A DNA stretch of 44,129 bases from Paraphysomonas bandaiensis. Its lineage: Eukaryota; Protista; Chrysophyceae. Positions 36,506 through 44,129 of the stretch are shown here, one piece after another (within the stretch, counting starts at the first letter, position 1; every line of letters starts with the position of its first letter). The stretch is taken from assembly GCA_965644295.1 (NCBI GenBank), contig CBFFRP010000100.1, positions 1 to 44,129 on the forward strand, given 5' to 3'. The notes under the pieces were generated by a model. That model was not told the origin of the DNA. It worked only from the letters and a program-made list of their open reading frames with translations, and searched no databases. A program made the position numbers and the translations under genes.

Positions 36506-38245
36506 TAGACTAAACCATAGTCTGTAACCATAGTCTGTAACCAATGATATAAAGTGGAATTATTACAACACTGAGCAAAGCAATCACGGTACCCCTCTAT
36601 TCTATAGTTTCCTTAGATAGAGTATCAGCATGTGTGTACAGTTCGCTAGCTAACGCGTTACAGAAACTATAATAATCAATACTATTTGTATCTATCGAAC
36701 GAATATTACAATACGCATGGAATGTATTTTGCAGAACACAGCCGAACGCAAACGAGCTAAACTTTCCTCTTTCGCCTAGATGCCCTCCACCACCATGCCG
36801 ATGAGGCCATATCCTCTCTTTAATCTGTAAATTGAATACATCACATGCTGCAAACATCTTACCATAGTCGGAGCACACAGGCACAGAATTGGTGGTAGAC
36901 CTCGTAGGTGATCTATGATAAGCATTGGACAAGGCGGTATATTTCTTGCCATCCTTCGTATAAGAATGAACTATGAGTTCTTTACGCTGTTGATTCCACA
37001 GTCCATTCCACTGTCCTCGTATATTGACACCTTCACGAACTTTACGAGTGAGTGCTTGGAAGCGCTGTGGATTCACAGCCCCGATATATTTTACTTTCTT
37101 CCTTGCAAGTCCCTCTCGTGCAGCTTCATCAAGATAATACGAGTCGAATACAAGAACAGTGCTACTCATTCGTGTAGAATTAAAAGAGTGTATGATTTTG
37201 CCCCAGTGTTCCACTACAGCGCTGACAGGTATAGACTCTCCTAGATCAGCTATTGCATCATGCAACCACATGTCCAGCATATATGCGTGTTTATTGGAGA
37301 GCTTCACACACAACTCATACACCCACAAGCCCATTCGTTCAGGCTTCATATAAACTACTCTTATATTAGGACTATAGCCTATAAATCACTTGTTAATAAT
37401 AGTATTCAATTGATCAATATACACACCTGAGAAATGCAGCAACTTCTCATCGCCAGCTACAACATTGCCAATACCACGTAAAATAGATCTAAAATTATGA
37501 GACAACTGCTTTGAATATCGACTATCAAATAAAAAGTTCGTTGTCACAATTTCCATGAATCGTATGCCCAGAGAATCAATCCTTGGATAACAATCCTTAA
37601 AGTGGTCTCGGTACCATATAAGTTGCTCACGCAATGGTCGCGAATGACGTATTACACCTCTTGGGGCATGTTGTTCTCCATAAATTCGAATCCAAATTGC
37701 AAGAAGCTTATATATAGAACACAATGAAAGCAAAATTACCGATCCACAGTCATATGTCAAGTCGGCAGGGTCAATATCCTGGGCTATTTTCGTCACAAGG
37801 GATACTGTAACAAAACGCAAGAATATCTTGAGGAAGCTGGCAGTGCGAAAATTAAACGTAGGGTATCGATCTGCATCAACCGTATGAGGCAGATGGAATG
37901 ACTCATTGGCCGAATCAACTGGTCTCCAACGCCCAATGATCTCTATTTCCTGAGCACGCTCTGAGCTTCTTGTCGCGTCATCTTCATCGTTGCAAAGAGA
38001 ACCTGATTTGCGCTTTCGAAATGCCATGTCAAACTATGAGTGAATGGGGGATACAATGAACTTACCAGCACATTAATTTGACCTGCAATTCGCTGACTCA
38101 ACACTGTGATATGAAGTGTGAAGTGTGGTTCACATTGTCTGATTTCGACTGATTTTATGACAGTTATTTTATGTATGAAAATCGACGTTATTTTCAGTTT
38201 TTTTTCAATTTTTTTCAGTATGGTTGCAGACTATGGTTTAATCTA
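36506..38245 (-). mobile_element. TIR DNA transposon B (1740 bp), TAG...CTA, 3-bp TSD AAT, nested in A
   Basis: 27-bp TIR TAGA(C/T)TAAACCATAGTCTG(T/C)AACCATA. AAT at 36503-36505 and 38246-38248. Excision restores the A cargo ORF. Confidence 0.9.
36597..38027 (-). CDS. piggyBac-like (PGBD/DDE_Tnp_1_7-type) DDD transposase, 460 aa, one intron
   Basis: Exons 38027-37427 and 37378-36597 with a 48-nt GT-AG intron. Motifs VAGDEKLLHFSG...MKPERMGLW, VLVFDSYY, YIGAVN and YGKMFAACDVFN. No C-terminal Cys-rich domain. Confidence 0.85.
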
Positions 38246-39114
38246 AATAGAAGCAGAATCAACTGCACCTGTGTCTACCCACTCCTTAGTGGGTTCCTGG
38301 ATATATCTCCACCTCGGAATATTGTCTCTTTTACTGGAGGGAATATTATGAGGCTTATCCTGGTGGGCTATATTCAATATTAGGTACAGTACACAAACAA
38401 GCATATATATAAAGTATACCAGATGCAAGCGAGAAGTATTTGGAGCGCACTGACTTATCCTCCCTGGTGGCACCACATCTCTTCTTGCTTTTGTAAACAA
38501 GATGATAGGTACCATCATCATTGACAGCATGGACAATACCACGCATCCTAGTCACAGTAACAATTTCGTCCCCAGGAGAATACGTGATAGAGGGGTTACC
38601 ATCGTCATCAGACGATGATGACTCCACCTCTTGTCCTGATATTGTACAGATATAAACATGGCATAATAATATAATATCTACAACACAATAACATACCAGA
38701 TTGATTACTATCGTCTGAGTCATTGACGATTATATCACCACAATCCCAGCCTTCCTCCCTCCTCCTGGCATCAAGCCTCGCCTTCTTTGCACGTGCTTCT
38801 TTTCTTTCAACATTTGTCTTCTTCCTCGCCGCACGCTGCTCTTCTCTGCCGGGGTACACATTGGGCAAGACTCCGACCATATCGGTGGGTGTAGAACCAT
38901 CACAATTCCGGACGACAACTCGTGGGGGTATCTTCCTTGCGCCGTAGTTGCTGAAGCAACTGATGTGGTTGCTAATGCTGCTACAGCAGACGGAAACGGT
39001 GACGTGGCCGCCGTAGATTACCTATCTACATTCGTTGCACTCTTCAAATCTTCGTCAGAGTCACTCTCTGTTACGTTAGCAGGGTGTGAGCAATGTTTTG
39101 TTCACAAACCATTT

Positions 39115-40313
39115 ATGAGTGATCCTAATAACACCCCGCTGAAATTATTCATTGACCTCGAGGTCCATGATAAGTGTGGGCTATTATATCACTATATATT
39201 GCTGTCTGCTCATTATAACAGGAGGTTGGATAACCTGTCAATAAGTCGTGCAATCGTCGAAGACCGTAGAGGCCAGAGATTTTACGTCGGCTGCTTACTC
39301 CGGACCAAGTGCGTTGCCCCAAGGTATGATGCCATGCTTCTACCGTTAGCAGATGGCACAATGGAACAGTGGTTCCGCGTACAGGGGATCTCGAAGTTTA
39401 AGAAGGAATACAGATATCTTCCTCTGGAGTTTGAGGACCATGATAGACTGATATCTTCCTTAGGTAATTGGTTTGAAATCCATGACTTTACCTATGTCCC
39501 GGAGAGAGGACCAAACAAGGATGAAACGGGGTCATTTGTTGTTGTTGAGACGGATGGCTGGGACCAGGAACCCTCTGAAGGAAAGCGAAAGGGGGCTGGC
39601 CGGAGAACCAAGAAAGTTCATTCGGACAACAGTATAGTGGTGCCAAAAGTGTGTGGGCGGCGCAAGAAGGCCTGCGCCATGAAGAAGGCGCAGGAACTGG
39701 TCGAGAAGATCTCTTCTAAGAAACCGAAGCGGAGTAAAGTCGTAAGAAATGTCTGCTTTTATGCTTTGGATATTTTATTTAACTTTTGACTTTTATTGTG
39801 CAGGGGAAGTACCATGATGACGAAGTAATCACGATTGAGGATAGAAGTATTTCTCATGCATCCCCTCCCACCCACCAGGATGGGGGTATTCCTCATCCAC
39901 CCCCTCCCCTTCACCAGGATGCTGTCGTCAAAGAGTTGATGCAACAACTGAAAGAGTCCCAGGCTATGTGTATGGAGTTGAGAGACGAGATGAAGCAGAT
40001 CGTATCAAGCAGAGAAGTGGCTCCCTCACCTGTACAGCACGATCCCTCTGCTCAGCCTGCATCTATTGTTGGTGTTTCCGAACCGCCTGTACCTCCTACT
40101 ATCCCTGTGGCACGTACTGCTTCTCTTGGTGCTTGTGATGATACTGGTGTGTCTCTTGCACCTCAACAAGCTGTTCATTGTAGTGATGGTCGAAATTCTT
40201 TTATGCTTATGTCTACAGTGCAAGATCAAACTGATCGACTGCATCGATTACATGATGCGGAAAAGAAGAATATTTTGTACGAGAACTTAGTGTTGCAGAA
40301 TTACTTCAAATAA
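39115..40313 (+). CDS. Element A cargo gene 2 (~378 aa), unknown function
   Basis: Exons 39115-39741 and 39804-40313 joined by a 62-nt GTAAG...TGCAG intron. Globular N-terminal half, K/R-rich NLS-like tract, Pro-rich linkers and coiled-coil-like segments. Confidence 0.7.
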
Positions 40314-40650
40314 AATATCGTTTTCGGTGAAGCGTAATTAATTCAGGGATATTGTGTCTGCATTTTATTACTTCGTGTATGTGTTGTCTGTGCATAATAT
40401 ATATATAGTAGTGTTACGTTGATGTGAGATTTTCATAAGTAGTAATACAGTAGATTTATATGAGAAGTAACAATATAATACAGTATTTTAGTAAAATATT
40501 TTTAAAATAATATATATAATTGATAATATACAACAACTAAGTTATAACTAATATTAATACAGACTTCAAATAAGCACTTATATGAAACTTTTCCATATAT
40601 GAAACCTGGTGAAATCACTTTACCAGGTTTCATGATCACACCGACTTAAA

Positions 40651-41530
40651 GGGTATATGTCTCCTATAGAGTTTCTAACGGGTGAGCCTCCAAATTTGAG
40701 ATATCTTAGGGTATGGGGGTGTCGAACTTATGTTCTTTCACCGAAGGCGGATCGACGAAAGGATTGGGAGGATAAGGCTCTAGTTGGATATTTAATGGGT
40801 TACTCTGATGAGAAGGTAGGATACCATGTATATCTTCCTGAATCAAACAAGGTGGTGACTACAGTCCATATATTGACTGATGAGTCAACGCCATCACGAT
40901 CAGAGAAGTATTTCGCAGAGATTGATGCTCTTCGAGTGCGGGAGGCCGCTAGACCCAAGCTTGCATCCGACTATGTCAGCTTAGAAGGAACGTATCATAT
41001 TGATGATGAGGACGGACTTCTGTATAAGACAACAAGAGTTGTAGAACGTAAGGGTGTGATTGTAGCATACCGTTCACTTGTTACTGCAGGTCGCGAGCAT
41101 ATAGAGCACCGGGTGCCTATACACGTCGAAGACGTGGTGCGTATGACTGCAGAAACCCCCGGGAATACCGGGTACATAGGAAAGGGGGACGCCCTGAGTA
41201 CTACGCCAGCCAGGGAGCTGGACCAGGGAAGACCTGGAGGGTTCCAGGAGAGTCCTGACCCGACCTGTCAACAGACAGTCGTGAGGTTGCAGACCTTGAC
41301 AGACCGTGGGTCTGGGGATGCGAGCGGGGCTCCTCCCACACCGCAAGATTTGCGGGCTCAGGATGAGCAAGGTATGGGTTCGTATATATCTACTAGACGA
41401 CCTATTGAACTAGATGGTGATGGTCGTGTACGGCGGAAACGGCTACAGCGTAGGTTGGCGAACGCATCGGTGTTAGGAGAAATAAATATGGTTGAGGTGC
41501 CAGATGCATGCACTGTTAACTTTAAACATG
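40651..41530 (+). CDS. Copia polyprotein part 2: integrase C-terminal/SH3-like region
   Basis: GYMSPIEFLTGEPPNLRYLRVWGC...GYLMGYS...GYHVY. Confidence 0.92.
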
Positions 41531-42014
41531 AAGCAACCTTAAGACAAACGTGGGAAAAATTTTTTCCCACGTTTTGGACCCTTTGTACCTCATCCTATAC
41601 TTATGGTTTTCATTAAACTAGTGTTATTATAACAGTGTAATAATATTATATAGTGGCTACGAAACTATTTTAAGTGCTTGAATTTTGTAACAAATGAATA
41701 GGAGATTTCAATAGAATTATTGGTATAGTAGTAAATTATAGTTATAAGCACCTTACAATAATAACTATTCTTGTGTCTGTAAGAATCGTAGACGGCGTAT
41801 TTCTTGGGCCTGTCTACTGTTAGTTGCAATTAATTCCGAATCACGTTCATACATATATTTTATTAAAATATCATATTATTATTATGAAAACTTCTTGCAA
41901 ACTACTCGAATAACACTTCGGGACAAATCAACATTAAAAATACTCGTAGAATATAGCTTTCAATCAAAAGTCCCAAATTTCAACATTTGTCCCACGTTTG
42001 TCTTAAGGTTGCTT
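41531..42014. mobile_element. MITE C (484 bp), AAG...CTT, 3-bp TSD ATG
   Basis: 30-bp TIR AAGCAACCTTAAGACAAACGTGGGA(A/C)AAAT. ATG at 41528-41530 and 42015-42017. AT-rich non-coding interior. Excision gives FKH-AEFQHDDFKIP in frame. Confidence 0.95.
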
Positions 42015-42017
42015 ATG

Positions 42018-43660
42018 CAGAGTTTCAACATGATGACTTTAAGATACCAGACTCCTATGCTGAAGCGGAGAGATCTCCACAGTACATGAAGTGGCGAGAA
42101 GCTCGGAAGGTGGAGAAGACCTCACTACTGAAGAGACGTGTCTTAAAGATTGTGCGGACTCCACGGGGAGTGAAGTTGGTGCGAGCAAAGTATGTTCACA
42201 CGGTGAAGAGAGACCTTCTGGGGAATGTAGTCAAGTATAAGGCGCGGCTGGTTGCATTAGGGAATCTACAGGAAAAAACGGAGGAGGAGCAGTCCACGTT
42301 TGCTCCAGTGGTCAAAGGAATAACCATTCGACTGGTCCTCGCGATTGCGTTTATGTTCCATATGCATGTACATCAGTTGGATGTATCATCAGCGTTTTGT
42401 TATGCCGATCTTGAAGAGGATGTGTATATGGCACCTCCACCTGATGAAGAGTTGCCAGCGGGGTGGTGTTTTCAATTGATCAAGGCCTTATATGGTTTGC
42501 GGTCATCACCGAGGCAGTGGAACAAGCATATTGACAAGTTTATCAAATCGTTACATTTTACTGCTTGCATTTTAGATACATGCTTGTATATGCGATGGAG
42601 TAATGGTCAATTGCACTTATTGCTGATATATGTTGATGATATTATCATTGCATCTGCTGATCTCACCTACTTAGAAAGTGTTAAACGTAGGTTCTGCGAA
42701 ACGTTTGAAATGCACGATCTGGGTGTGTGCAAACGGTTTCTGAATATCAGAATCACGAGAGGAGAGGACTGGTACATGTTAGATCAATCGGAATATGCCA
42801 AGAATATTGTAAAGAAATTCGATTCGTTTATGGGGAAGAGCAGTAAGAATAAGGAGACTCCACTACCTACCAATGTTCAGGATTTGTTGGCAGAGCAACG
42901 TGAGCTGACGGAGGAGCAGAAGCAGTGGGTCGAATCATTTCCGTATAGAGGAATTATTGGAGCGGTGTTGCATTTGGCGATTCACACTAGACCTGATCTG
43001 GCTTACGCTGTGGGGTTATTGGCTCGATTTAGTACTTCTCCAACATATGCGACTTGCAGATTAGCTATTCATTTGTTGAAATATTTACGTGGTACAGTTG
43101 ATAAGGGAATCAGATTCAGTGGGAGTGAGTTTGATTTACATGTATTCAGTGATTCAGACTGGGCTGGTGATAGGATGACTAGGCGGTCCACAACGGGATA
43201 CATCGTGCTTTTATGTGCGGGCGCTTTGGCCTGGCAGTCCAAGCTTCAGACCACAGTTGCGACTTCGAGCATGGAATCTGAGTATATGGCGGAGTATGCG
43301 GCTTTGCAAGAACTGGTGTGGCTTCGGGGGGTGTTCAAGGAGCTCGGACTCTTGGTAGCGAAGCCGACTCCATTCTTTATGGATAGTAAGAGTGCAAAGG
43401 ATCTTTCAGAGAATCCAGTGTATCATAAGAGGTCGAAGCATATTGACATCAAGTATCACTGGATAAGAGAACATGTTAATGGCAAATTTCCTACAGCAAA
43501 ATTGATTCATGTATCTACGGATGATATGGCGGCCGATATTTTTACAAAGGCGTTGTCCACGAAGATCTTCAGCCGTCATGAGAAAACGATTACCGGGGTT
43601 AAGAGGAGTGTGTCTAACAGTGTGGAGGAGCAGCAGAAGAAACGACCCCGAAGAGGTTAA
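42018..43660 (+). CDS. Copia polyprotein part 3: reverse transcriptase and RNase H
   Basis: YKARLVA, QLDVSSAF, KALYGL, YVDD, SDSDWAG, KHIDIKYH and ADIFTK. Confidence 0.97.
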
Positions 43661-43830
43661 AGGTGTGTTTTAGTGGGTGAAAATCCCACATAACTGTATA
43701 TCTAGTTGACTGCTAGATATATATGTATCTTTAAAAGATTTCACATCTGTTTTTACCTATGGGACTAGATAGTCATAGCATTATCAGATTATTGTGATCA
43801 CTGTTGTTTTATCTCACTGCATTCTACATT

Positions 43831-43839
43831 GAGTGGGAG
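43831..43839 (+). promoter_or_regulatory. Polypurine tract GAGTGGGAG
   Basis: Lies immediately 5' of the 3' LTR. Confidence 0.8.
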
Positions 43840-44129
43840 TATTAGAATATGGATCTTATTCTAGTATATTCAGTATGTCACTTCAAGACAATGTACGAGA
43901 ATACAGTGAAATATAGTGATGTACAAATGCTGTGATGATATTGAGAAACTGAAATAGTTTGATCGTTCAAGATATGTTCAGTAACGAGAGGTTCGCATAT
44001 GTAGGATATTATGCAGGGATTATAATGAGTTAGTGTTGGTTATCACAACTTCGTGTAAACGATATTAATAAATCTATCTAGTCTTACGACAAATTCTCTC
44101 TGTGATCTAGTGTAAAATGAGCGTTTCTC
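43840..44129 (+). repeat. 3' LTR (290 of 294 bp, cut by the window end)
   Basis: Identical by eye to 33689-33978. Confidence 0.95.

Larger units (their letters stand above)
36458..38880 (-). pseudogene. Element A cargo gene 1 (>=188 aa): basic and acidic tracts, Tudor/SH3-like barrel, CHZ-like C-terminal motif; disrupted by B; 5' end uncertain
   Basis: Exons 38880-38697, 38635-38420, 38367-38246 and 36502-36458. Contains YSPGDEIVTVTRMRGIVHAVNDDGTYHLVY and the restored end VDSASI/ITGKRTRSSVDYRL*. Confidence 0.65.
36201..40647. mobile_element. TIR DNA element A (2704 bp without nested B), AAG...CTT, 3-bp TSD AAA, two cargo genes, no recognisable transposase
   Basis: Left end AAGTTGATGTGATGAACAAACCTGGAGAAG versus reverse-complemented right end AAGTCGGTGTGATCATGAAACCTGGTAAAG. 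AAA at 36198-36200 and 40648-40650. Excision gives ...PTKTDK-GYMSPIEF in frame. Confidence 0.9.
33689..44129 (+). mobile_element. Ty1/Copia LTR retrotransposon (~5.5 kb when restored), interrupted by three DNA elements
   Basis: Two LTRs, PBS and PPT, with domain order gag-PR-IN-RT-RH. The last 4 nt of the 3' LTR lie beyond the window. Confidence 0.97.

Noticed and set aside
36201-40647. A single autonomous three-gene piggyBac element
   Set aside because: The transposase has its own TIRs and TSD (36506-38245) and interrupts cargo gene 1, so it is a separate nested element.
40646-40649. TTAA at the right junction of element A as a canonical piggyBac TSD
   Set aside because: The left junction has no TTAA, and only a 3-bp AAA duplication gives symmetric AAG/CTT termini. 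TAAA, TAA or ATAA/TTAA readings leave the ends offset by 1-3 nt. Elements B and C show 3-bp TSDs clearly.
36201-42014. Insertions acting as introner-like spliceable introns that rescue the Copia ORF
   Set aside because: GT or GC follows the terminal AA, but there is no acceptor AG at the right-hand junctions that would give precise removal.

Overview
Eukaryotic, gene-dense DNA with very short (~45-60 nt) introns; a stramenopile-type protist is my inference. Positions 1-33.5 kb hold host genes: an alpha/beta-hydrolase-fold protein lacking its nucleophile Ser, ADF/cofilin, DUF1415, symplekin, a coiled-coil/HEAT protein, an SSXT-like protein, an EF-hand+CBS protein, a ~2790-aa EF-hand/PhoD-like protein and an MFS transporter. 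This part also contains a 106-bp hairpin and a decayed Copia integrase fragment. From 33689 to the end is a Ty1/Copia element with LTRs identical by eye, whose single ~1585-aa ORF is cut by three TIR DNA elements. (A) 36201-40647 has AAG...CTT ends and TSD AAA; it has no recognisable transposase but carries two divergent intron-containing cargo genes, one with a Tudor-like barrel and a CHZ-like motif. (B) 36506-38245 is nested in A, has TAG...CTA ends and TSD AAT, and encodes an intact 460-aa piggyBac-type DDD transposase without a Cys-rich domain. (C) 41531-42014 is a 484-bp MITE with AAG...CTT ends and TSD ATG. Removing each element plus one 3-bp TSD restores the interrupted reading frame in all three cases. 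The best candidate for an undescribed system is a piggyBac-like transposon group with WAG...CTW termini and variable 3-bp, non-TTAA TSDs, together with chromatin-related cargo. All homology calls come from motifs read by eye; no database search was run.
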